In this document: positions 1-8,936 of the stretch, in pieces
Layout: each line of letters begins with the position of its first letter
Position numbering within the stretch: the stretch's first letter is position 1
Assembly: GCA_040880145.1 (NCBI GenBank)
Contig: JBBDIZ010000018.1
Location: forward strand, 1-25,004
Direction: 5' to 3'
DNA from: Simkaniaceae bacterium
Lineage (GTDB): Bacteria; Chlamydiota; Chlamydiia; Chlamydiales; JAJFMI01
Length of the DNA stretch: 25,004 bases
Translations under genes and position numbers: made by a program
Notes under the pieces: model-generated
The model's database searches: none
What the model saw: only the letters and a program-made list of their open reading frames with translations
What the model was told of the DNA's origin: nothing

Positions 1-59
1 GTTCTTTTCACAGAGGAAGTATTAACAAACCACAGGAATTAAAGCAAATAAAAGAAGAG

Positions 60-101
60 CGGGGTTTCCTCCCACGACTAAAGCCGTGGGTCTCCACCCC
101 G
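60..101 (-). repeat. IS200/IS605-type (REP-like) hairpin, possibly the end of an element extending beyond the window start
   Basis: Minus strand reads CGGGGT-GGAGA-CCCACGGC-TTTA-GTCGTGGG-AGGAA-ACCCCG: an inner stem with a TTTA loop and one G-T wobble, nested in an outer CGGGGT/ACCCCG stem. A related copy lies at 8908-8927. Family assignment is from recalled resemblance to IS605-group subterminal hairpins. Confidence 0.6.
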
Positions 102-107
102 TCATTT

Positions 108-2687
108 CTATGATTTTTTTGCAGGGAGGATGCGGCATTTATCATGACGACTATATTCATCCCGTACCCTTGTGAGTTCCTTCGGGTCGGGAGGGCAGGG
201 GGTTAGATTCCAAATCTTGTGGGCGTAATTGTGGATCGATTCGTCAGAGGAGAACTTTCCCATGGCAGCGATATTTTGGAGGGCATATTCGGCCCACTTT
301 AGGGGCGTTTCAAAGAGCTCTTCCACTCTTTTTTGGGTTTCATAGTAGGGACCTAGATCATTCAGCACAAAATAACGGTCAGCGATGCCGCTTGAGCATT
401 CTTCAACAAGAGCTCTATAGAGATTCATCAAAGCCTCATGTTCCATTTCATTTTCGACTAAAGATCCATCGCGAAGAGCATTGACAGCGCGCTCAATTCT
501 TGGGTTGTGGGTGATGATGTCGATTGGATTGTAATCTTTTTCGTTGTATTTGATGAAGTTCTCCTGGGCATTGGCTCCAAATTTAAAGGGCCAATATTGA
601 TCGGAAACTGCTTCGTGCATCTCAACATTGGCGCCATCATCTGTGCCAATGGTTAGAGCGCCGTTAATGGAGAGTTTCATGTTTCCTGTTCCTGAGGCTT
701 CCATGCCTGCTGTCGAAATTTGCTCGGAAAGGTCAGCCGCCGGAATGATCATTTCAGCGCTCGAGACATTGTAATTCTCGATGAAGAAAAGGCGTAATTT
801 TTGGTTGACGTCCGGATCGTTATTGATGCGTCTCGATAGACAATAGATTAAGCGGATGACATGCTTCACTGTATCGTAGCCCGGAGCCGCTTTTCCACCG
901 AAAAAAACCATACGCTGAATGCGACGGGATTCAGGATTCTCTTTTAGCTCTTGATAAAGCATTAAGACGTGAAGGGCATTCATTAACTGGCGCTTATATT
1001 CATGAAAGCGTTTGATATGGATATCAAAAAGAGCCTCCGCTGGAAGAAATTGATCCTCTTTTAACTCGTATCCGGCCCAGTGGCGGTTTTTCATCTCACC
1101 ATAGAGATAATCCATAAAGGCAATTTTGCATTTCTTTTTAACAGCTAAAAACTCTCCTTGGCTTTTCTGATCGCTTGCATAGTCTCGAAGCCGCTCAATT
1201 TCCTTAAAATTTAAAATCCATTCCGATCCAATTCGCTCAGTGATAAACTGAGAAAGTTCCGGATTGCAAAGAAGGAGCCAACGTCTTTGGGTGACCCCAT
1301 TTGTGACATTCAAAAATTTTTCAGGATACATTTCAAAGAAATCTTTAAACATATCACATTTTAAGATGTCGGTATGGAGCGCGGCTACACCATTGACATG
1401 ATGGGAGCCATAGATGGCTAAGTGAGCCATTTTGATTTGACCATTAGCGAAAATGGACATTCTTTGGACGCGCTCTTCATCATCACGATATTTTTCTCTC
1501 ACGCTGTTTAAAAAATCATGATTGAGACGTTGAATCACCTCGTGTTGACGCGGTAGAAGGCTATGGATGCGGTCTTCGTTCCACTCTTCAAGGGCTTCTT
1601 TAAGCACGGTATGATTGGTATAGCTTGTGCAGGCTTTTGTGACCTCAAAAGCCTTTTCCCAAGAGAGGTCATGGTGCGTAATGAGGATGCGTATCATTTC
1701 TGCAATGGAAAGCGCCGGGTGGGTATCGTTGATCTGGATCCGAACTTTATCTTCTATCTCAGCAATCGAACCAAATACCTGCACATGGTGGCGGATGATA
1801 TCTTGAATCGATGCTGAGGAAAGGATGAATTCTTGTTTTAATCGAATTCGCTTGCCCATTTCATTGTTGTCATTGGGATAGAGGACATCGGTGAGCGCTG
1901 TATTTTCTCCGGCGGGGCCCAGTTGCCCGGCATTAAAACGCTGCAATTCAAAGTTGCGGGGAGACTCTTTTGTCGACCAGATTCTGAGCGTTAGGACAGA
2001 AAAGTCGGAACTTGGGCGGTAACCAATGATAGGCAGATCGAAGGGAAGGGCGCGCACTTCCTGAGAATCGACGAGATTATAAATTTCTTCCCCTTTTTCG
2101 TTGATCCCCTTGTTCAGCCGTCCATCAAATTTAACATTCACAGCATGGTTGTCTCGGCGAAACTCCCAAGGATTTTCATAGAGAAGCCAACAGTCAGGCC
2201 TTTCGACCTGAACCCCGCACCAAACCTCTTGTTCAAAGATGCCATATTGATACCTCATGCCATAGCCAAGGGCAGGATAATTTTGCGAAGCTAACGAATC
2301 GAGAAAGCAAGAAGCAAGTCGGCCAAGCCCTCCATTTCCAATCCCCACATCCGGTTCTTGCTTTAAAAGCTCGCTCATCGAGCGGTTCATACGTTTTAAG
2401 ACGATTTCAACAAGATCGGTGGTGCAGATATTGGTAATATTGTTGTTGATCAATTTTCCGGGCATGTACTCCATCGAAAGATAATACATTTTCCGAACCC
2501 GTTTATTGGCAAAGGTATGATTTGTAGCTGTCCAGTTGACCATGATCTCTTCTCGAAAGGCTTTCGAAAAGGCGTGATAAAACTCTAAATTACTCGCTTC
2601 ATCGGCTGTACGCCCCATTGTGGTGATTAAATAGTGGCGAATTTTATGAACGAAGTTTTCGACTTGGGCTTCAAGTAAAGGATCCAT
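108..2687 (-). CDS. glgP: Glycogen/starch phosphorylase (GT35)
   Basis: Motifs GNGGLGRLASCFLDS, INDTHP, YTNHT, NVTNGVTQRRW, IKRFHEYKRQ, GGKAAPGY and the PLP-lysine motif EASGTGNMK. ATG at 2687 preferred over TTG at 2693. Confidence 0.97.
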   Translation of the reverse strand: MDPLLEAQVENFVHKIRHYLITTMGRTADEASNLEFYHAFSKAFREEIMVNWTATNHTFANKRVRKMYYLSMEYMPGKLINNNITNICTTDLVEIVLKRMNRSMSELLKQEPDVGIGNGGLGRLASCFLDSLASQNYPALGYGMRYQYGIFEQEVWCGVQVERPDCWLLYENPWEFRRDNHAVNVKFDGRLNKGINEKGEEIYNLVDSQEVRALPFDLPIIGYRPSSDFSVLTLRIWSTKESPRNFELQRFNAGQLGPAGENTALTDVLYPNDNNEMGKRIRLKQEFILSSASIQDIIRHHVQVFGSIAEIEDKVRIQINDTHPALSIAEMIRILITHHDLSWEKAFEVTKACTSYTNHTVLKEALEEWNEDRIHSLLPRQHEVIQRLNHDFLNSVREKYRDDEERVQRMSIFANGQIKMAHLAIYGSHHVNGVAALHTDILKCDMFKDFFEMYPEKFLNVTNGVTQRRWLLLCNPELSQFITERIGSEWILNFKEIERLRDYASDQKSQGEFLAVKKKCKIAFMDYLYGEMKNRHWAGYELKEDQFLPAEALFDIHIKRFHEYKRQLMNALHVLMLYQELKENPESRRIQRMVFFGGKAAPGYDTVKHVIRLIYCLSRRINNDPDVNQKLRLFFIENYNVSSAEMIIPAADLSEQISTAGMEASGTGNMKLSINGALTIGTDDGANVEMHEAVSDQYWPFKFGANAQENFIKYNEKDYNPIDIITHNPRIERAVNALRDGSLVENEMEHEALMNLYRALVEECSSGIADRYFVLNDLGPYYETQKRVEELFETPLKWAEYALQNIAAMGKFSSDESIHNYAHKIWNLTPCPPDPKELTRVRDEYSRHDKCRILPAKKS

Positions 2688-2749
2688 ACCCAATATGTAG
2701 CATAGCTTGACTTTACTTCAAACCCAGCTTTTTTAGAGGAGGGGCCAGC

Positions 2750-4186
2750 TTAAGCAAGGAGGGGGGTGAAGATCACTTTAATGAGGTGGAAGAGGAGGAT
2801 GCAGACGAGGGCTGCTGAGGGGATCGTAATGACCCAGGAAAGGGCGATGTCGCGGAGCATGCGGATGTTGAGGGCGCTAATACCGCGAGCGAGGCCAACT
2901 CCTAAGACAGCGCCTACGATGCAGTGGGTTGTGGAGACGGGAAGACCGAGTTTTGAGGCGAGTAAAATCGTTGTAGCGGCTCCAAACTCAGCAGAGAAGC
3001 CTCTTGTTGGAGTGAGCTCGGTTATTTTTTTCCCGATGGTTTCGATAACGCGCCAACCCCAAGTGGCTAATCCGACAACGATACCGAAGCCCCCAAAAGC
3101 AAGGAGCCAGGTGGGGATTTGGGTGTTTAGTGCAACTTGCTTGTGACGGACGACATCCATGATGGCGGCAACCGGTCCAATGGCGTTTGCGACGTCATTC
3201 GCGCCGTGGGCAAAGGCGACGAAGCAGGCGGAGATAATCTGTAGAAAGGAGAACATTCTTTCGACAACGCGGTAGTCTGAGGTGTGAGGATTGCTCTCTG
3301 CTTGAGTTTTTAACTGGCTTGCGAGTCCTTTGACCTCATCTAATAGTCTGGAGACTAAGGGACGGGTCTCTTTTGAGGCAGAAAGGCGGACTCTGTCGAG
3401 ATGTTTTGCGGCTCGATTGAGACTTACAGCTTGTTGTGAATAGCGTAGCGAGGGGACCTGGGCGCGCGATTCATCGACCGATAGGGTGCGGATGAGAATC
3501 ATGCTGCAGAGGGAAGTTGTGCCGGCGATTAGAAGAGAGAGAAAAAAAATGTTTAAAGAGCTTAGGTTCATTTGAACATTGCGAATACTGTCGCTTAAAA
3601 TCATAAGAGAAAAAGTAAAGAAAACGAGAAAGATTAAAAGGGGAATTAATCGCTTGGTTGCCGCAATGGGGTTCATGGCGTACAAAATTTTCCTCTGCAA
3701 AATGGAGAAAATAAAAAATGAAATTAAGGCGGATAAGGCAGGGGAGAGGATCCAGGAAAGCGCTATTGATCCCACGATCGACCACTTCACCGAATGAACT
3801 CCACCGATCAATACGCCGAATCCTAATATAGCCCCAACGATTGCATGGGTAGTGGAAACGGGCCAGCCGAAGTAGGAGGCAATTTGAAGCCATATTGCGG
3901 TTGCAAGAAGTGCCGAAAGCATTCCGTAGAGAAAAATGTTGGGGTCTCCGGAAAAAACAGAGGGGTTGACAATCCCTTTTTGCATCGTCTCAGAGACATT
4001 CGAACCTAAGAAATAGGCTCCGGCAAATTCTAAGATACCTGCAATGAATACGGCTTTTGTCAGGGTCAATGCCCCAGAGCCAACCGAGGTTCCCATGGCA
4101 TTGGAAACATCATTGGCTCCAATGTTCCAAGCCATGTAGAAGCCGACAAGGAGCACAATAACAATGAGAAGGATTTCAATTGACAT
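2750..4186 (-). CDS. pit: Inorganic phosphate transporter, PiT/PHO4 family
   Basis: Duplicated signatures GANDVSNAMGT and HGANDVANAIGP, PVSTTH twice, many transmembrane segments; next to a DUF47 gene. Confidence 0.95.
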   Translation of the reverse strand: MSIEILLIVIVLLVGFYMAWNIGANDVSNAMGTSVGSGALTLTKAVFIAGILEFAGAYFLGSNVSETMQKGIVNPSVFSGDPNIFLYGMLSALLATAIWLQIASYFGWPVSTTHAIVGAILGFGVLIGGVHSVKWSIVGSIALSWILSPALSALISFFIFSILQRKILYAMNPIAATKRLIPLLIFLVFFTFSLMILSDSIRNVQMNLSSLNIFFLSLLIAGTTSLCSMILIRTLSVDESRAQVPSLRYSQQAVSLNRAAKHLDRVRLSASKETRPLVSRLLDEVKGLASQLKTQAESNPHTSDYRVVERMFSFLQIISACFVAFAHGANDVANAIGPVAAIMDVVRHKQVALNTQIPTWLLAFGGFGIVVGLATWGWRVIETIGKKITELTPTRGFSAEFGAATTILLASKLGLPVSTTHCIVGAVLGVGLARGISALNIRMLRDIALSWVITIPSAALVCILLFHLIKVIFTPLLA

Positions 4187-4192
4187 ATGAGG

Positions 4193-4867
4193 TTACTTCA
4201 GTTCCAAAATCATCCGAATGCGGTTTGCTAATCGCTCTGAAATGTGAGAGAGAGCTCCTATCTCCTCGATCAAATTAATCCATAGATAGAAGTCGGTCGG
4301 GGAGAGTTGATCCGAAATACCAAAAAACTTTTTTAATAAATCTCGCTTCATCACATCTGCTTCATGTTCTTTATAAGAGGTTGCCTCAACCATTCGTTTC
4401 ACTTTTTCGGCTTCTTGGCCGCCAAAAGAGGATTCAATAAGTTCATTGATTTCTTTCATGATCTTTCTCGCATCCCAGAAGGTTTCACAAGCTTTTTTGT
4501 AAAAACGCTGAAGGTGCTCTTTCATGTTGCCAACGTCTTGAAGCTCTTTAAAAGTTAAAAGGTTGGCAATATCTTCTGCTTTATCGGCTAAGTCATCCTG
4601 AATGGTTAGAATGTCGAGAAATTGTCCCTGATCAATGGGAAGAAAAAGAGATCTTGGCAAATGATTGCGGATGTCATTTTTTGTGAGATCGGCTTCGTGT
4701 TCAAGCTCTGAAACCTCACGAGCAATCGCCTCAATCCGTCCATGTTGATGCTTGGGAAATTGATCAAAAATTTCAGTTAATTTTTTAATGCAACTCGAAA
4801 CTTTCTTCATGTGTGACTGAAGAGGGAAGAAGGGCGACTTACCAAAAAGACGAGCAATTGTACGCAT
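4193..4867 (-). CDS. DUF47/TIGR00153 PhoU-like phosphate transport regulator
   Basis: N-terminal LFGKSPF.PLQ.HM, duplicated E-H-E-A-D motifs, QDDLADKAED; 6 bp upstream of pit. Confidence 0.9.
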   Translation of the reverse strand: MRTIARLFGKSPFFPLQSHMKKVSSCIKKLTEIFDQFPKHQHGRIEAIAREVSELEHEADLTKNDIRNHLPRSLFLPIDQGQFLDILTIQDDLADKAEDIANLLTFKELQDVGNMKEHLQRFYKKACETFWDARKIMKEINELIESSFGGQEAEKVKRMVEATSYKEHEADVMKRDLLKKFFGISDQLSPTDFYLWINLIEEIGALSHISERLANRIRMILELK

Positions 4868-4884
4868 GAGATTAGTTTATACGA

Positions 4885-5592
4885 TTAGCGAAAGAAAATC
4901 AATTCTCTCTCTTTCTCGTTTAAAGATCGGTACTGACCCTCTTCTAAAGGACCGAGTCGTAAATTTCCGATACGAATGCGTTTTAGCTCGAGAAGAGATA
5001 GAGAAGCTTTTTCAATAAAGCGGCGGACCTCGCGCTTTTTTCCCTCTTTGACAACGATTTTGATCGTGCCTTTTCGCACTTTTTTGACCGATTTGGGTTT
5101 CACGAAAAATTCCTCGACCATACCGCCTCTTGAGATGCGCTTCAAATGTTCATCCGTGACCTCTTCCTTCACCTTGACTAAGTACTCTTTTTCAATATTG
5201 GAGGAGGGGTGAATGACTTTGTTTGCGAAGTGTCCGTCATTTGTCAGAATTAAAAGGCCTGTCGTATCGCGATCTAAACGACCCACAGTAAAAAGGCGCG
5301 CATCGAGATTGGAAAAAAGATCGACAACGAGCTTTTTTCGATCGATTTTTTTATTGGAGCAGACATAGCCGCGAGGCTTATTCAAAACAAAGTAAAATTT
5401 TTCATCCACAGGCTTCACAGGACGATCATGGACTAAGATCTGATCATTTTCCGGATCGACATGGGTCTCAGGCTTTTTGATTACAACGCCATTTACTTTG
5501 ACATGGCCGTCAAATATAAGCGCTTCGGCCCCGCGCCTCGAAGCAATTCCCGCAGATTGAAGAGTTTTACTCAGTCTTTTTTCTTGCATCAT
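4885..5592 (-). CDS. rluB: Pseudouridine synthase, RsuA/RluB family
   Basis: S4 domain (GIASRRGAEALI), LNKPRGYV, catalytic VGRLDRDTTGLL, EGKKREVRR, LKRIRIG. The exact subfamily (RluB versus RluF/RsuA) is uncertain. Confidence 0.85.
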   Translation of the reverse strand: MMQEKRLSKTLQSAGIASRRGAEALIFDGHVKVNGVVIKKPETHVDPENDQILVHDRPVKPVDEKFYFVLNKPRGYVCSNKKIDRKKLVVDLFSNLDARLFTVGRLDRDTTGLLILTNDGHFANKVIHPSSNIEKEYLVKVKEEVTDEHLKRISRGGMVEEFFVKPKSVKKVRKGTIKIVVKEGKKREVRRFIEKASLSLLELKRIRIGNLRLGPLEEGQYRSLNEKERELIFFR

Positions 5593-5600
5593 CGAAAGAA

Positions 5601-5629
5601 ATTATAGAGAATCCGCTATATATACACAA
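5601..5629 (-). promoter_or_regulatory. Sigma70/sigma66-type promoter for rluB-DUF47-pit
   Basis: Minus strand TTGTGT-N17-TATAAT, 8 nt before the first ATG. Confidence 0.55.
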
Positions 5630-5640
5630 AGGAAAAGCTG

Positions 5641-6321
5641 ATGGGACAACTTATATTAGTGAGGCATGGTCAGTCAGAGTGGAATAAAAAAAATATCTTT
5701 ACAGGATGGGTTGATATTCCTTTGAGTGCGAAAGGCGTGGAAGAAGCGCTTTCCTGCGGCAAAAAAATTGCCCCTATCCCAATTCATGTCATTTTTGTCA
5801 GCACGCTTGCAAGAGCGCGTTTAACGGCTATGATTGCAATGAGTCAGCATGATGAGGGGAAAGTCCCGTGTATTGTCCATGAGGGGGATGACCGCAGAGC
5901 TGAGTGGGGCAAAATTTATGAAGAAAAAACTTTAAAAGAAATGATACCCGTCTATAGTTCTTGGCATCTCAATGAGCGTATGTACGGAGCCCTTCAGGGA
6001 AGAAACAAAGATGAGTGCCGGCGTGAATATGGGGAAGAGCAAGTGCAGATTTGGCGCCGCTCTTTCGACATTGCCCCGCCAGAGGGGGAGAGTTTAAAGA
6101 TGTGTAGTGAAAGAACGCTCCCTTATTTTAAAGAAAAAGTTATCCCCTATCTAGAAAAGGGAGAAAATGTTTTAATATCTGCACACGGAAACTCTCTTAG
6201 AGCGATCGTTATGATGTTAGATAAGCTTTCAGAAAAAGAAATTGTCTCACTAGAAATCCCCACAGGACAGCCGATCATCTACACTTACGAAGATCAAGAG
6301 TGGAAAAAACATAAGACTTAA
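5641..6321 (+). CDS. gpmA: 2,3-bisphosphoglycerate-dependent phosphoglycerate mutase
   Basis: LVRHGQSEWN, FTGWVD, LNERMYGALQG, WRRSFD..PP.GESL, AHGNSLR. Confidence 0.96.
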   Translation: MGQLILVRHGQSEWNKKNIFTGWVDIPLSAKGVEEALSCGKKIAPIPIHVIFVSTLARARLTAMIAMSQHDEGKVPCIVHEGDDRRAEWGKIYEEKTLKEMIPVYSSWHLNERMYGALQGRNKDECRREYGEEQVQIWRRSFDIAPPEGESLKMCSERTLPYFKEKVIPYLEKGENVLISAHGNSLRAIVMMLDKLSEKEIVSLEIPTGQPIIYTYEDQEWKKHKT

Positions 6322-7311
6322 ATGATTGATTCTACAAATCAGATTTTAAAAAAACCTCTTGAGGAGCTTTATCGCTTTCTTGGAGTTCCCTTATCTGTTA
6401 AATTTTTTCCTCATCAGGGGCGCGCGACTTCCTATGCTGCCCTCCTGCACTCTCAGCATATCAGCACAATGCATGAGACAGGCCGCAATCACGTTCTTTT
6501 TGCGAGCCACTCACCTGCCACCGCTCATCTGAAGCTGCAGCAACTCAAGAGGGTAGGGGTTGTAGGAAAAGAAATTCCCTTAAGTAATGAAGGCCTTATT
6601 ACGCCTGAAGCGGTAGATGAGGCGATCAATCCTCGAACGACACTTGTTTCATTTCCACTTATCGATCATCTTACAGGAGTGATTCACCCCATAGAGGAAA
6701 TCGCTGAAGTTTGCCACAAAAGGGGAGTTTATCTTCATCTCGACCTCTCTTATTCGTTAGGGATTCTTCACTTTCATTTAAATGATTATCCGGTTGACTA
6801 TTTGACAATCCCTGAGGGGCTCTTTGTGAAGCCCTATGTGCCGTTTGAGCCTCTTATTCCGGGAGACTCCATTTCGAGCTTTGAACTGACGCAAATTCAG
6901 GAGCGGCTTAAGCGCCTTAAAGAGAAAAATGAGCTTCAAAATTTTGAGCTCACGCGCCTTCGAGATTTCTTTGAAACAGAGATTCGAGACCATATACCCG
7001 GCGCTTTTCCTTTTTTTACGCTAAAAGAGCGCATGCCCCACATTTCAGCTTTAGCCTTTCCGGGCATTACAGCTGAAGCGCTTTTGTTTTATTTAACTGC
7101 AGAGCAAATCCATGCAAGCATGGGCGGCGATGAAGATCTTCTTTTAGAGACGCTTCTAAAAAAGGCTCGTGTTGATGATATGACTGCAAGAAGCGCCCTT
7201 TCTTTTAAGATTCATCCTAAAATGACAAAAGAGGGAATTAAAGGAACGGTTCAAAAAATAAAAAAATGCGTTTTATCTTTGCGCGCTCTTTCAGGAGTTT
7301 TGCCGGTATGA
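6322..7311 (+). CDS. Degenerate NifS/IscS-like aminotransferase class V protein, probably catalytically inactive
   Basis: Fold motifs TTLVS..LIDHLTGVIHPIEEIAEVCH and HLD, and 'AEALLFYL' are present. The SxHK PLP-lysine motif is absent (VDYLTIPEGLFVK) and SxGSAC is replaced by SMGGDE. Confidence 0.8.
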   Translation: MIDSTNQILKKPLEELYRFLGVPLSVKFFPHQGRATSYAALLHSQHISTMHETGRNHVLFASHSPATAHLKLQQLKRVGVVGKEIPLSNEGLITPEAVDEAINPRTTLVSFPLIDHLTGVIHPIEEIAEVCHKRGVYLHLDLSYSLGILHFHLNDYPVDYLTIPEGLFVKPYVPFEPLIPGDSISSFELTQIQERLKRLKEKNELQNFELTRLRDFFETEIRDHIPGAFPFFTLKERMPHISALAFPGITAEALLFYLTAEQIHASMGGDEDLLLETLLKKARVDDMTARSALSFKIHPKMTKEGIKGTVQKIKKCVLSLRALSGVLPV

Positions 7312-8072
7312 TTGCTCAATCTTCGCCTTATCCAATGTGGGAAAAATATAGCCAAAAACTCTGTAAGAAAATTTTAAACCCGATCTCTTATGGAGAGATA
7401 CCCCTAGAGCAAGCTGCGCAACATGGCCTTCGGCACATAAAAGTGAAAGAGGGCAGTTTTGATGAAGGCGCTTTAATTACCTTATCCTTACTTGTCGATG
7501 AGGAAGAGGGGACCCTTGTCGATGTTAAATACCTCTCTTACGGGCCAAGCGTTTTGATCGGAGCCTTAGAGGCCGCTATTGAGCTGCTTATTCGAAAAAA
7601 TTACGACCAAGCCTCCCGTATTAGCGTTCATTTAATCGACCAGCGCCTTCGCGACCACCCCCAAAAAAGTGCCTTTCCGGAAGAGACGCTCTTTCATCTC
7701 AATCTCATCATCGATGCTATCGACGCCGCGTGTCAAAAGTGCCAAGATATACCCCTGAATATCCAAACGCCAATCGATCAAAATTCTGACTTTCAAGAGG
7801 ATTACCCTGACTGGGCTTTGCACTCAAAAGAGGAAAAAATTGCACTGATTGAAAAAATTATTGATGAAGAAATCCGCCCTTACATCGAGCTCGATGCAGG
7901 AGGCGTTACGATACAAGATCTAGAAGATCTTTCTCTAACAATAGCATACTCCGGCGCCTGCACAACATGCTACTCGGCTACAGGCTCCACTTTAAGCGCT
8001 ATACAAAATATTTTACGTTCTCGCATCCATCCCGAGCTTTCTGTAATTCCTGACTTAAAACAACCATTTTAA
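7308..8072 (+). CDS. NifU-like protein: cysteine-less IscU-like N-domain plus NifU C-terminal (Nfu) domain
   Basis: C-terminal IRPYIELDAGGV...YSGACTTC...GSTL.AIQ.ILR is an Nfu signature. ATG at 7308 overlaps the upstream stop (ATGA) and has AGGAG at 7293-7297, so it is preferred over 7266. Confidence 0.85.
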   Translation: MIAQSSPYPMWEKYSQKLCKKILNPISYGEIPLEQAAQHGLRHIKVKEGSFDEGALITLSLLVDEEEGTLVDVKYLSYGPSVLIGALEAAIELLIRKNYDQASRISVHLIDQRLRDHPQKSAFPEETLFHLNLIIDAIDAACQKCQDIPLNIQTPIDQNSDFQEDYPDWALHSKEEKIALIEKIIDEEIRPYIELDAGGVTIQDLEDLSLTIAYSGACTTCYSATGSTLSAIQNILRSRIHPELSVIPDLKQPF

Positions 8073-8144
8073 ATAAATATTATTATTTCTTTATTTTATT
8101 AAAGTTGATATAATTATATAATTAATAAAATTAAGTGGGTGATT

Positions 8145-8897
8145 ATGGATTATACTCAGGTTTCCAGTCAATATAAACTAAAATTTAGTGATGAATTTGA
8201 TTCAAAATTCAATTTAAATTGTATAGAATTGCTACAAGCAATAAATGAAAAGTCAATTGAAATTACGACTCAGTTTCCAGGAGAAGCGGTTCTGCCTCCA
8301 AGATTATCTTTTACAGAAAAATTACTGTTTTATACTTTAATATCAATGGCAGCTTTATTGATAGTTGCTTCCTTTACAGCTACCTTGACAGCTACATTAT
8401 TCTTTATTATTTCTTTCCCTACATTGTTCCTTCCGCCATTTCTATTAATAATAACAATAATGATGATACCTTTGATTCCTGCTTTTGTGAGTTTGGCGGC
8501 GTTGGGAATTGCCTTTGGTATGGGCCACTTTGATGATGATGAGATGAAACTCAAAATTCTCGAGAAATTAACTGACAAGATTACTTCTGGATGCCCATTT
8601 CAAGAAATCCAAAATGAAGTGGATCAATATGGTAAAGATGCACATAAAAAATATAGGCTCTTTGAAACGGTTTCTGTATCGGCATTTTTTGAAATTCTTG
8701 TAGAAGAAAAGAAGGCATACACGGATGCTGTCAATACTTTGATGATAAAACTACTGAAAGAAGAAAAAGAAGGTCGTAATGTCGGAGAAAGCAAACATAT
8801 TAATCAAGTAATACGAAACACGGCAGGTGAATTACTTAGTGAATTCGATCTTGAAATTAGTAATTATTTTAAAGACCATGTGACCCTTTACGACTAA
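8145..8897 (+). CDS. Hypothetical protein with long bilobed hydrophobic domain (inclusion membrane protein-like)
   Basis: About 68 uncharged residues (LLFYTLISMAALLIVASF...AALGIAFGMG) with a central Pro-containing turn, no signal peptide, charged helical C-terminus, AT-rich gene. GTG at 8139 is an alternative start. Confidence 0.6.
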   Translation: MDYTQVSSQYKLKFSDEFDSKFNLNCIELLQAINEKSIEITTQFPGEAVLPPRLSFTEKLLFYTLISMAALLIVASFTATLTATLFFIISFPTLFLPPFLLIITIMMIPLIPAFVSLAALGIAFGMGHFDDDEMKLKILEKLTDKITSGCPFQEIQNEVDQYGKDAHKKYRLFETVSVSAFFEILVEEKKAYTDAVNTLMIKLLKEEKEGRNVGESKHINQVIRNTAGELLSEFDLEISNYFKDHVTLYD

Positions 8898-8936
8898 AGC
8901 GGGAAAGCCCACGTCTTTAGGCGTGGGATGAGAGCG
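8898..8936 (+). repeat. IS200/IS605-type (REP-like) hairpin
   Basis: GCGGGAAAG-CCCACGTC-TTTA-GGCGTGGG-ATGAGAGCG, stem-loop at 8908-8927 with a T-G wobble; same core as 71-90. Confidence 0.6.

Noticed and set aside
458..5212. Short ORFs inside or antisense to glgP, pit, DUF47 and rluB (458-649, 1563-1817, 2766-3146, 3471-3893, 3579-3797, 4364-4558, 4976-5212)
   Set aside because: They lie wholly within well-supported genes and show no motifs; they are shadow ORFs.
7266..7307. Longer N-terminus of the NifU-like ORF
   Set aside because: ATG at 7308 has an AGGAG site and an ATGA coupling; the 7266 start would overlap the upstream gene by 46 bp.
8073..8138. AT-rich palindrome (ATATAATTATAT) as a possible operator
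   Set aside because: The region is almost all A/T, so such symmetry is expected by chance.
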